Source of the DNA: an uncultured virus (IMG/VR IMGVR_UViG_3300008259_003761)
Lineage: Duplodnaviria; Heunggongvirae; Uroviricota; Caudoviricetes
Length of the DNA stretch: 20,000 nucleotides
Direction: 5' to 3' (one strand)
IMG/VR virus record: IMGVR_UViG_3300008259_003761
Position numbers and translations under genes: made by a program. Under the pieces are notes generated by a model. That model saw nothing but the letters and a program-made list of their open reading frames with translations. It made no database searches and was not told where the DNA came from. Shown here piece after piece: positions 1 through 10,500 of the stretch. Each line of letters opens with the position of its first letter. The stretch's first letter is position 1.

Positions 1-186
1 ATAGCTAAAAAGTACGGAATTTCCGAAAACTTTCTAAATTCAAAGGAAGATGCGCATACTATTGCAGCAGCATCTCTTTTAGACCTTAAAAAAATGGTTG
101 AACAAAATCAACCTAGAGAGGTAATAGCTAACAAATTACAATTCTTAGCGGATTTCCTAATAGACATCAAAAATTCTAACCATTAA
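1..186 (+). CDS. 3' part of a small hypothetical protein (5'-truncated by the window)
   Basis: Frame 1 is open from base 1 to TAA at 184-186: IAKKYGISENFLNSKEDAHTIAAASLLDLKKMVEQNQPREVIANKLQFLADFLIDIKNSNH*. Codon usage resembles the other genes, and a promoter follows directly. Confidence 0.75.
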   Translation: MAKKYGISENFLNSKEDAHTIAAASLLDLKKMVEQNQPREVIANKLQFLADFLIDIKNSNH

Positions 187-187
187 A

Positions 188-219
188 TTTGGTTATATCG
201 AATAGTTTTTGTATATTTG
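188..219 (+). promoter_or_regulatory. Bacteroidota-type primary sigma promoter (-33 TTTG / -7 TAnnTTTG) for the primase and Mre11-Rad50 genes
   Basis: TTTG at 188-191, a 20-nt spacer, then TATATTTG at 212-219. The same architecture recurs at 12942-12973. Confidence 0.8.
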
Positions 220-238
220 TGGAAAGTATATCCATATT

Positions 239-1174
239 ATGCTAAGTGGGAAAAACAGGCTATCGGTAATAACAATATTAGATTCGGCATTGGGGGTTGG
301 TTCATCCTTAAAGGGGAACGAGCAAGCACACTACTGTCCTTTCTGTCACCATCACAAAAAGAAACTTCAAATAAACATAGATACTCAACAATGGCATTGT
401 TGGGTTTGTGATGCGAAGGGTAAACGGATATCTTCTTTACTTAAAAAGGTAAAATCTGATTTAAAAGATATTCAAAGATTAAAAGATATCTATGGTGATG
501 AGCCGGAAATATACATATCCGATGATTATCCAGAAAAGTTAGAATTACCAAATGAGTTTAAACAATTATACTTTAAACCAAAAGGTATTAATCCATCATA
601 TAAGCAGGCAATTCATTATCTTAATAAAAGAGGTATAACAATAGCTGATATTGTAAAATATAATATTGGGTATTGTGATAGTGGTGATTATGCTGGTAGA
701 ATTATTGTACCATCATATGATGAGAATGGTGAACTTAATTATTTTGTAGCACGTTCATTTTATGATAACAACAAAATGAAATACAAAAACCCACCCACAA
801 GCAGAAACGTAATTGTATTTGAAAACCAAATTAATTGGAATGAGCCAATTGTTTTGGTAGAGGGTGTATTTGATGCATTTTCGGTAAAGAGAAATGTAAT
901 TCCTTTATTGGGAAAATATCTTTTACAAAAGTTAAAAGATAAAATTATAGAAAGTGGAATTAAAGAAATAACAATTTTATTAGATTCCGATGCAATAGAA
1001 GATTCTACAAAGCACACTAACTATTTTATAAAAAACGGAATTAAAGTAAAAAACATTATCCCATCTGATAAAGATGCTGGTGAAATGGGATTTGCTAAAG
1101 TAACAAATTTAATAAAAGAATCATCCGAAACTAAATGGGATGATTTGATTTTAACTAAATTAAAAAATCTATGA
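239..1174 (+). CDS. Phage DNA primase (CHC2 zinc finger + Toprim; DnaG/T4 gp61-like)
   Basis: CPFCHH...WHCWVC zinc-binding domain; GRIIVP, YFVARS and KYKNP motifs; Toprim LVEGVFDA and LDSDA; KDAGE. Start placed at ATG 239 because the track's TTG at 209 lies inside the promoter. Confidence 0.92.
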   Translation: MLSGKNRLSVITILDSALGVGSSLKGNEQAHYCPFCHHHKKKLQINIDTQQWHCWVCDAKGKRISSLLKKVKSDLKDIQRLKDIYGDEPEIYISDDYPEKLELPNEFKQLYFKPKGINPSYKQAIHYLNKRGITIADIVKYNIGYCDSGDYAGRIIVPSYDENGELNYFVARSFYDNNKMKYKNPPTSRNVIVFENQINWNEPIVLVEGVFDAFSVKRNVIPLLGKYLLQKLKDKIIESGIKEITILLDSDAIEDSTKHTNYFIKNGIKVKNIIPSDKDAGEMGFAKVTNLIKESSETKWDDLILTKLKNL

Positions 1175-4100
1175 GTTTGAAGAGAATATACCATATAGCT
1201 GATATTCATATTAGAAACCTAAAAAGACACAAAGAATATCGTTTGGTATTTGATAAAATGTTTGAAGAAATCCGCCAAAGAGGTACGGAAGATTCAATCA
1301 TTTATTTGGCTGGGGATATAGCTCATGCTAAGTTAGAAATGTCACCTGAATTAATCAAAGAGATTAGTTGGTTATTTACTGAATGTTCGAAACATTGTCC
1401 AACAATTCTTATTGCTGGTAATCACGATTGTAATATGAACAATTCGGATAGATTGGATGTACTTACTCCAATTGTAGAAGCATTAAATTTGACTGATTTT
1501 CATTATTTGAAAGATACACAGGTTTATTCAATTGGTGGTGTTGATTTTTCAGTATTTAGTATTTTTGATAAAAGAGATAATTGGATTACCGCAGATAAGA
1601 TGTTTGGTAATAAAAAGATTGCTTTATTTCATGGACCGGTTGATTCATCACAAACCGATGTGGGTTATGTGGTAAGTAGTAGACATTTTACAACTGATAT
1701 GTTTGATGGATATGATTTAGCCCTATTGGGTGATATCCACAAAAGACAGGAAATGATTTCTCCAAAAGGATGTAAGATTGTTTATGCTGGTTCATTGGTA
1801 CAACAAAACTTTGGAGAAACCCTTGATAAGCATGGATTCTTAGTGTGGGATTTAGATACCTTTACTTATGAAGAAGTTGATATCCCAAATGAATATGGAT
1901 ATTATACTTTGGATATTGATGGTGGTATAGTGCCTGATGTTACTGATATTCCAAAATATGCTCGTTTAAGAGTTAGATTATCCAACACCGATACGGCTGA
2001 TACAAAGCGTATGGTAACGGAAATTAAAAAGAAATATGGTATTGAGGATTTCACTATCATTAGAACGGATTCAATGAATAAATTGAAAACCGGAAATAGA
2101 ATATCAAAGCTGGACTTCGAAGATATAACCGATGTAGAGTATCAAAACACCCTTGTTAAAGAATATCTACAAAGAATGATGCCATTCATATCCGATGAGG
2201 ACTTAAACGGAATTGAGGACATACATAAAGAGATAGCTGGAAAGATTCAAAACGATGAGGTAATCCGAAACATAAGTTGGAAGCCAATAAAGTTCGAATT
2301 CAGCAATATGTTCTCCTATGGTGAAAGCAATAAGATTGACTTCACTAAAGTAGATGGACTGATGGGATTATTCGCACCAAATACAGCAGGTAAATCCTCC
2401 CTATTTGATGCAATCTCCTTTTGTATGTTCGATAAGTGTAGTAGAGCATATAAAGCATCCCACGTTATGAACAACCGAAAGGATACCTTCTTTTGTAAAC
2501 TACACTTTCAAATAGATGGAGTAGATTACTTCATCCGTAGAGAAGCCAGAACTATTAATAAGGGAAAGAACGTAAAGGTAGATGTGGAGTTTTGGAAAGA
2601 AGTAGGTGGTGAAGTAGAATCACTTAACGGAACGGAACGTAGGGATACCAACACCGTCATTGAACAATACGTTGGTAGATATGAGGACTTTGTACTAACT
2701 GCCTTATCACTTCAAGGTAACAATGCTCTCTTTATTGATAAATCACAATCCGAAAGGAAAGACCTCCTTGCTCAATTTATGGGATTGACGATATTTGATA
2801 AGCTGTATGAGGGGGCTAGTGAGGAGATTAAGGAAGTGGCAGCACTTATCAGAAATTTTAAGAGGACGGATTTTACGACAGAATTGGCGGAAAAAGAAAC
2901 CGACCTGAAAGAGAAAAAGGTTAGATTGGATGAGTTGAATAATGAGATTAAAGAATTCAATAAATCTAAAGATTCTATACAAACTCAAATTTCTGAATTA
3001 AACAAATCCATAACACCAATTGATAAAAATCTTAACATCAAAAAATTAGAGGATTCGAAATCTGATTTGGTAACTAAGATAGCTAGTGTTGGAAATCAAA
3101 TGGATGAGAAGGTATCTAAGATTGATGAATATCAAAACCTATTGGGTGAGGTATCGCAATCAATCAACCAACACGCAGAAGTAAATGGATTACCTATTGA
3201 TGATGCAAAGAAACAATGGGATTCAGCTAAAGGTAAGTTAGTAGAGATACAACAACAAATAGATAAATTAGAAACACAATACGAAGGTAATTTAGATAAA
3301 CTAAAACATTTGGAATCACATGAGTATGACCCGAATTGTAAGTTTTGTATGAATAACGTATTTGTTAAAGATGCAATACAAACTAAAGAGACTGTTAAAG
3401 AGCAAGAGAAGCAATTAGAGGAGCTCAATTCAGCACACCATTCACTTATCAATGCCAGCGAACCACTTGCTGAGGTTGAGGATGTATGGGAGAAATTGGT
3501 TGAGTTAAGAAACAAATACCAAAAGGGAAAAGTTATTAAAGAGAAAGCTCAAGCAGAACTTAAATCATTGGAACATCAGAAGGAATTGTATGAAACTCAA
3601 ATGGCTGGTGTAGAATTGGATATACAAAAGTACTACGATAATGAAGCCACAATATCAGAGAATCAAAAAATAGAAATAGCAATTTCTGAATTGGATGTTA
3701 AGAAAAAAGATATTGAGAAAAGTTTGGGTACATATAATAAAGAACTTTTAAGTATTACTGGAAAGATTGGTTCAATTGAATCATTTATTATTGGTATAAA
3801 ACAAAAAATGGATGATGTTAAGAATTTAGAAAACAAAAACCAATTATATACCTACTATTTAGATGCAGTTAAAAGAGATGGAGTTCCATACGAACTTATT
3901 TCAAAAGCAATGCCTGTTATAGAGAATGAAGTAAATAACATCTTAGGACAGATTGTTGATTTTGGAGTTGTTATGGATGTTGATGGTAAAAGTATTAACG
4001 CTAAGATTGTTTATGAGGACCAAGAGTGGCCTTTAGAACTTTGTAGTGGTATGGAGAAATTCGTTAGCGGACTTGCGATTAGAGTGGCTCTGATTAACAT

Positions 4101-4314
4101 ATGTAATCTACCAAGACCTAATTTCTTAGTAATAGATGAGGGATTTGGTACATTAGATTCTGATAACCTATCATCATTATTCTTATTAATGCAGTATCTT
4201 AAAACCCAATTTGATTTCATTTGGATTATATCACATTTAGACCAAATGAGGGATGTGGTTGATGGACTTATTGAAATTAAAAAAGAGAACGGATTCTCAA
4301 AGATTAATTTTTAG
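1171..4314 (+). CDS. Fused Mre11/SbcD nuclease - Rad50/SbcC ATPase (T4 gp47-gp46-like recombination/repair nuclease)
   Basis: N-terminal metallophosphoesterase motifs ADIH, AGD, AGNHD, FHG, LGDIH. Then Walker A APNTAGKSS, Q-loop SLQG, long coiled coil with central CKFC zinc hook (3337-3348), signature CSGME, Walker B/D-loop VIDEGFGTLD and H-loop ISH. ATGA overlap with the primase stop. Confidence 0.93.
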   Translation: MSLKRIYHIADIHIRNLKRHKEYRLVFDKMFEEIRQRGTEDSIIYLAGDIAHAKLEMSPELIKEISWLFTECSKHCPTILIAGNHDCNMNNSDRLDVLTPIVEALNLTDFHYLKDTQVYSIGGVDFSVFSIFDKRDNWITADKMFGNKKIALFHGPVDSSQTDVGYVVSSRHFTTDMFDGYDLALLGDIHKRQEMISPKGCKIVYAGSLVQQNFGETLDKHGFLVWDLDTFTYEEVDIPNEYGYYTLDIDGGIVPDVTDIPKYARLRVRLSNTDTADTKRMVTEIKKKYGIEDFTIIRTDSMNKLKTGNRISKLDFEDITDVEYQNTLVKEYLQRMMPFISDEDLNGIEDIHKEIAGKIQNDEVIRNISWKPIKFEFSNMFSYGESNKIDFTKVDGLMGLFAPNTAGKSSLFDAISFCMFDKCSRAYKASHVMNNRKDTFFCKLHFQIDGVDYFIRREARTINKGKNVKVDVEFWKEVGGEVESLNGTERRDTNTVIEQYVGRYEDFVLTALSLQGNNALFIDKSQSERKDLLAQFMGLTIFDKLYEGASEEIKEVAALIRNFKRTDFTTELAEKETDLKEKKVRLDELNNEIKEFNKSKDSIQTQISELNKSITPIDKNLNIKKLEDSKSDLVTKIASVGNQMDEKVSKIDEYQNLLGEVSQSINQHAEVNGLPIDDAKKQWDSAKGKLVEIQQQIDKLETQYEGNLDKLKHLESHEYDPNCKFCMNNVFVKDAIQTKETVKEQEKQLEELNSAHHSLINASEPLAEVEDVWEKLVELRNKYQKGKVIKEKAQAELKSLEHQKELYETQMAGVELDIQKYYDNEATISENQKIEIAISELDVKKKDIEKSLGTYNKELLSITGKIGSIESFIIGIKQKMDDVKNLENKNQLYTYYLDAVKRDGVPYELISKAMPVIENEVNNILGQIVDFGVVMDVDGKSINAKIVYEDQEWPLELCSGMEKFVSGLAIRVALINICNLPRPNFLVIDEGFGTLDSDNLSSLFLLMQYLKTQFDFIWIISHLDQMRDVVDGLIEIKKENGFSKINF

Positions 4315-4474
4315 TAGTTAGTACATTCTTTGGTAGGGGCTTATTAATAGAAGATACTTTATCTTTTATTAGGGTCTCTACCAATCCACTTATCTTATAT
4401 CCCTTTTCCTTACAAAATTCTTTTAATAATTGATGAACATCAGCATCAATTTGAATCATAGCATATTTTTTCAT
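4304..4474 (-). CDS. 56-aa ribbon-helix-helix (Arc/CopG/MetJ-like) DNA-binding protein
   Basis: Hand translation: MKKYAMIQIDADVHQLLKEFCKEKGYKISGLVETLIKDKVSSINKPLPKNVLTTKN*. The pattern fits RHH: alternating beta strand (AMIQID), helix (HQLLKEFCKE), G-x-x-x-S turn, helix (LVETLIK). It overlaps the Mre11-Rad50 3' end by 11 nt and has an ATATTTATC motif upstream. Absent from the ORF track, probably because of its length. Confidence 0.8.
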   Translation of the reverse strand: MKKYAMIQIDADVHQLLKEFCKEKGYKISGLVETLIKDKVSSINKPLPKNVLTTKN

Positions 4475-4479
4475 AACAA

Positions 4480-4509
4480 TTCTATATTTTTCTTTAGTTT
4501 TCTAAGATA
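4480..4509. promoter_or_regulatory. Three TTCT(A/T) direct repeats at exact 10-bp spacing; candidate RHH operator
   Basis: TTCTAtattt / TTCTTtagtt / TTCTAagata start at 4480, 4490 and 4500, between the putative promoter and the start codon of the RHH gene. Confidence 0.4.
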
Positions 4510-4514
4510 AATAT
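4506..4514 (-). promoter_or_regulatory. Putative phage promoter motif (ATATTTATc) for the RHH gene
   Basis: The reverse complement of 4506-4514 is ATATTTATC, one mismatch from the ATA(C/T)TTATA motif found before four plus-strand genes. Confidence 0.45.
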
Positions 4515-4536
4515 TTCAAAGTTTTATTTTTACCAA

Positions 4537-4545
4537 ATACTTATA
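4537..4545 (+). promoter_or_regulatory. Putative phage late promoter motif ATACTTATA
   Basis: 31 nt upstream of ATG 4577. The same motif precedes the ORFs at 12652, 17477 and 17879. Confidence 0.6.
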
Positions 4546-4576
4546 ATTGATTTCATAATTAATTTGTAGGTACTGA

Positions 4577-7500
4577 ATGGCAATAATAAAAAAATACGCT
4601 GAGGTTTTATCGCAACCCCTAACATCATACACAACTTTTGTAAATGATGATGCGCCGAACTCTACATATTTTAGAGTTACCGAATTTAAAGATACATTTA
4701 CAGGTGGTAAAAACGGATTCTTAATTGAAGGTAGTGAGCATTTAAAAGAAACTACTGAAATAAAGATTCAAATATTAGATGTGGAAGGTAATCCTGTCTA
4801 TTATGAACCTGGTAATGGTATACCTGAATATTATGAAGGTAATTCCAAAATAATAGCTGTATATGTTTATGAAACTACACCTATTGGATTGGGTAAAATA
4901 ACAATCTTAGGTGAATTAAAAACTTACATTGATGAAACTGGAATTGTAAGAGATGTTCCGGAAGATTGGGCTGGTGTTTATAATTGTAAATGGGAAAGAA
5001 CATTTACGATAAACAAATTAATATCTAATGAAGATAAAGTTAGATTTTACAAAAGACCAAAGGTAATAATTAATGAAATAGTAAAACCAATTTTTTCAAA
5101 CATTGTAACCGCAGTAACTCAAACTGGTTATGTTGATGGTTTTGCACAAACACCTTCTGCCGGAGAAAGATTGACCGGTTTTACGTTACCAACAAATTAC
5201 CTATTACAAATAAATAATAGTGCTACGGCTTGGACAGGTTCAGTAGTTGGAAGTACTATAAATTTAACTAATTTAAATTTTTCATCGGTTGTTGATGATG
5301 TTATATCAAACAAAGATATTACTATAACAACACCATACACAGAAAATGGAATTGTAAAAGATATTTCTAATCAACCATATTCTGTAACATTTAACTATGT
5401 TGAGGGTATAGATAATTTAAAAACAGCATTAACAGGTTCTTTTGCAAAAATAACTTTAAGAGATTTAACAACTTTTGTTGGTGATGCTGCAAGGGTAAAA
5501 ATATTTAGAAAATCACAATCGGATTTAGCAGATTATCAATTCATTCAAGAAATACAATTAGAATCAAATGAAATTCTTGTTGATTTGGAATCAACTACTA
5601 AAAATTTAGAAAATTATGGAGTATTTGATGAAGTATTATATCCAAACTATTGGTTAACATCATCTAATAATATAACAACTGAATTTAATCAAGACGTTTT
5701 ATATAGTTCTATAAAATTAGATAGTTTAGGTGCTAATGAATTTTACACATCTAAATCATTATCGTTAACTACTGATGCGGAATATACATTAGGATTTAAT
5801 GTAAGATTGGCTCAAAATATATCATCGGATAACTACATAAAAGTTTATTTAAGTGGTTCTAAACAAACTACCTATAATAACGTAACATCAACAATAGGTG
5901 TTAAGAAAAATATAGTATCAATTACTTCAGATAATTCAGTTCTTCAAAAAAGCCAACTAAGTAGTAATTTTAAAGCAGAAGAAATTGATGATGCTAGATT
6001 ATATTTTGAAGTAAAAGGAAATGGATGGTATGTTTCCGATGTTAGTTTAAGAGCATCGCAGGAAACTTCGTATTCACCTGATGAAATTACATTCATTCAA
6101 CCAATACCAAGAACATTACCTGCTGAGACATTTACTTTCTTATTTCAATTTTACGATATTAATAACAACTACATTCCTGTAATTGTTGAAGAAAGTAAAA
6201 CTTTTGATGGTGGTAATTTAAATCCTATTCAAAAGAGTTTAGAATTAATACCATCATCTTTATATTTTCAATTTGATTCTGGTTCTGGTAATGGTAATCC
6301 GTTACCACCAACTGTGATAAGTTTTGATGTTGTTAAAAGTTACCTAACGGGTTCTGTAACATTTACATCACGTTCATTTGATTTTTTCAATAATGAATTA
6401 TCATCATCTCAATATTCAACAACTGTAACACCTGGTTATTCTTGGTGGCAATTCCCTGGTTTGTTAAGTGATATCAATTCAAATTCACCATACCTAACAG
6501 TACAAAATTTTACTGGTTCAAGAGACCCACAATTAGAAGATATAGTTGTACAATTTATTGAGTACACAGCTCAATGTGAAGGTGTTGAAGATTCGGTGAT
6601 TATTACGAGAGTAGTTGATGGTAAAGGTGGGGTTAATTATGAAATTAGACCGTATAGTGGAACTGTAATTAGAAACTCAAATCCATCATCATCTTTAGAA
6701 GTTCAAGCAATTAGAATTGATGGTGTAAACGAAATTAATTTAAGAAGTGGATTGCCGGCAGGACGTTCTGTGGTTCAACTTCACGTACAAAGTGGTTCTA
6801 CTTATATCACACTTCAAGAAGCTAGTAATAAAAATTTTGTAAAAGGATTATCGGCTGGTTTAACTGGTAGTGGTCAATTAAATTATAATGCAATCTTTAA
6901 AAGAGAATCGATTGATACTCAAAGAACATTATATCTAATACCATCTGGTTCAGCAAACCCATCAGCATCAATTTTAACTACTTTAACATTAACTGATTTA
7001 TTAGATGGTATTGATGCTGGTGTTGTATTATTTGATGCGGATACGTTTACAATAAACCCAAGACTTACAAATACATTTACACCAATTTCATCATCAGCTA
7101 CCGCATCTTTTTATAAGAGAGGTACAACTGAAGGACCTATATCAGCATCTATTGAAGTATTCCCATCAATGTCAGTTAATTCTGATTTTGTACCGGAGTA
7201 TTGGATGTACTATGTAACAAATAGTGTGAATCCGGAAATTAGTGTTGTTGCTTATGATGAAAGAGGAAATGTAATTCCATCCACACCTATTAATCAGTAT
7301 ATTGGTTCTCCGTTAACACAAAGCAAACAATTATTAGTAAACTTTACTTATACGGAAGAGTTTACATCGGCTTCGGTTAGTGTTGATAAATTGTTTACAA
7401 TTGTACCAGAAGGTAAACCCGGTGATGAATCTATTGTGTTTGAAGTTACACCATCATCCGTAACATTACAAGCAAATTCAAGAGGTATTGTAACTGATTA

Positions 7501-10500
7501 CTCATCAACTATAACTGATGTAAAACTAAAACAAGGTTCTCGTTATTTAATTTTTACGAGTAGTAGACAACCTGGTACATTCCATATAGCAACTGGTTCT
7601 ATGGTTGGTAGAAATATTACACCTGGTAATGTTTACTTTGATAATTTATACACACAATCTTTAATAGTAAGCGCTTCAACAAATATGACTGATTTGAGCG
7701 CTAGTATAGAATTACCTTTAGAGATTCAACCATATTACACATCATCAGTTTATACTGCAAGTGTTTTTCAAAATGTAACAAAAGTATTAGATGGTGCACC
7801 TCCTATTGAAATCATATTATCTCCATTATCAGTTAACTTAACATCGGATGAAGTTGGAAATATTTCCGATTACTCAAATGCGGTAACAACTTTAAAAGTT
7901 AGAGAAGGTGATGATTATTTAACATATACAACTTCATCAACAATACCTGGTAGTTGGAGAGTACAATATATTAGTGGAAGTAATATTCAAACGGCATCAC
8001 TACAATCTTTAATAACATCATCAACCGATACGGCTGTTGTTAATTTCACAGCATTTGAATATCCACATGTATCGGCTAGTGCTTTATACAATATTAGAGT
8101 ATATCCATACGCATTAGGAAAGGGTCATACATACACATCATCGTTGTATGAAAGAACTCAATTCTTTACTAAGAATGTTGCACAAAGTGCAGCAAGAACT
8201 GTAACATTAACATCTACTTCGGAAGTTGTAAACTTTGATGGGGATGGTGTAGTTGTATCTCCTGAAGGTGATATTACATTAACGGCAATTGCATTTAATA
8301 CTACCGGTTCTGCTTTCTATGAGTTTTACAAAGATTCGGTTCAGTATTCACCTATACAATCATCAAACACTTTTACAATTTCTTCTGGTGATGCTACCTC
8401 TCCGGGTCAAACGGCTACTTGGAGAGTTGATGTTAGGGATGGTAGTAACTTAGTAACAGCGCCAGTTAGAGCACAAGCTCAAATTACAATTAGTGGTATA
8501 AAAGCTGGGGCTGGAGCATATGCAGCAAACGTAACAAATGAAGTAGCATCTTTAGTTGGTGATGTTTGGGAATTAAACACAACGGGTAGTAATACACAAA
8601 TAGTTGCTATAAAGGGTGCTGAGCAATTAACGCACGTTAACTCATTTAGCCCACCAACTTTAGATTTAAATGGTGACCCAATAGGTTCATTAGGAGAATA
8701 TCAAGTTACAATCCAATCAAAACCAGCGTATATAACATTACCTGGTGGATTGGCTAGTGGAAGTATAGTTCCAACTGTTGGTGGAATTGCTACAATTGGA
8801 GATGTTGTTTCTTGGAATCAATGGGGTAATAATACAAATGCCGAAATTGTTTACAAAATTGATATGGAAGATGGTAGGCAAATTCTTTATAAAACCCAAT
8901 CATTATCAATTCAATTTAACCCATACGGTCCATATTCTGGTCAATTATCAAATGAAAATTCTTCTATTGTTTATAGAGTAAGTGGTGAGGTTGAGTTAGA
9001 AAATACTTCAAATACTATAAGAGGTTTTAGAGGTGATACTGAATTAACAAATAGTTCATCTTTTGCAAATCCACAAACTGATGCATTTGGAAATACTGGA
9101 TATAAAAATCAATATAACGTTTCAATACATAATGTATCTGCGAATTTAGATTTAGCTGGTGCAATTGTTAGTGGAAGTTATTTAAGTGGAAATCCCGCTA
9201 CAATAGGTCAATTAGATGGTTGGGGAAGTCCTGAAAGTATAGCAGTTGCTCAAATTGTATATAGAATAGATTGTGAGGGTAGAGAGAATTTATATAAAAC
9301 ACAATCTTTATCAATTCAATACGAAGGTAATACGGGACCTGGTATTGTAATGAGAGGACTTTGGAATGAAGTTACTGATTACATTGGTTCAGTTGAAACA
9401 ACAAATTATAGAAGGGATGCAATCATATTCCCAGACCCATCTGGTAGTAGTGGTGATACTCACTATTGGGCAGCCCTAAGTGGTTCTGGTCCATCTGGTG
9501 TGGGTTTTCAATTACCAACTTCACCAACTTCACCATCATATGTTGATACATCATATTGGCAGTATTTAGGTCAGCAAGATTTCTTTGTATCAGCTAAGAT
9601 TGCTATTTTTGAAGAATCATTTGTTAAGAATACAATCAATGTTGGTAACAATCCGGGTTCAGCATTTGCAAACGTTGTAATTGCTGGTGGTAGAACTGAC
9701 CCATATTTTGCAATCGGCCAAAGTGGAACTGTGGGTACAAGTGGTAACCAAACATCTGCTGGTGTAATTGGATATGATAGACCTGGTATATTCTTAGGAA
9801 TGTATGAAGGTGGTGGTAGTGGTACTACCGGAAGATTTTCAATTAAATCTGCTGGTGGAACATCTGGTACTAGAGGTTTATTATGGGATGGAAGTACGTT
9901 AACTATTATAGGTGCTATTAGACAAGTTGAACCGGGTGTACCTGAAGGTTCTTTTAGAGGTATATGGAATGATGGTGAACAATATTATATAGATGATACG
10001 GTTATATTTGATAGTTCTACTTACATTTGTACGGTAAACCACACATCTACAAATGATTTGGATGTTAATACTGGAGAACCACCAACCGCAACAAATAGTT
10101 GGCTAATATCAGCGGCTTCGGGTACATCCGGAGTAAATGGTGCTCCTGGTGCAAATGGTACATCCGGTACATCTGGTGCAGCTGGTAGTGTTGGGCCTGG
10201 TGTTGTATTTAGAGGTCCTTTCTCTACGGGAAGTGTTTATTATAAATCAACAACTAGAACTGATGTGGTACAACAAGCAGCTGGTGGTAGTAACTATTGG
10301 TTAGCAACTAATGCAGCTTTAAACAATCAATCGGGTTCAAGTTGGGGAGTTCCATCACCATCATCATCAAATTGGCAATCATTTGGTGCTGAATTTAGTT
10401 CAATAGCAACTGGTACAATTATATCTGAACAATCTTTTGTTCAAAATACATTAAATGTTGGTACTAATATACAAGGTAGTTCTGCAAATATCGCTATAGT

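Noticed and set aside
209..238. TTG start for the primase given by the ORF track
   Set aside because: It overlaps the -7 promoter element (212-219); ATG 239 is the plausible start.
217..4220. Short alternative-frame and antisense ORFs (217-411, 760-1017, 1021-1209, 2743-2988, 2772-2960, 3132-3515, 4011-4220)
   Set aside because: They are nested in well-supported genes and have no recognisable motifs; typical shadow ORFs.
4309..4320. Tandem TAG TAG after the Rad50 domain as a sign of stop-codon recoding
   Set aside because: All long ORFs are intact in the standard code, the protein ends where Rad50/gp46 homologs typically end, and TAA, TGA and TAG all serve as stops.
10121..10201. ggtacatcc/ggtacatct repeats as a CRISPR array or VNTR
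   Set aside because: They are only the codons of the collagen-like GTS triplets; there is no repeat-spacer structure. No CRISPR array, tRNA or rRNA was recognised in the window.
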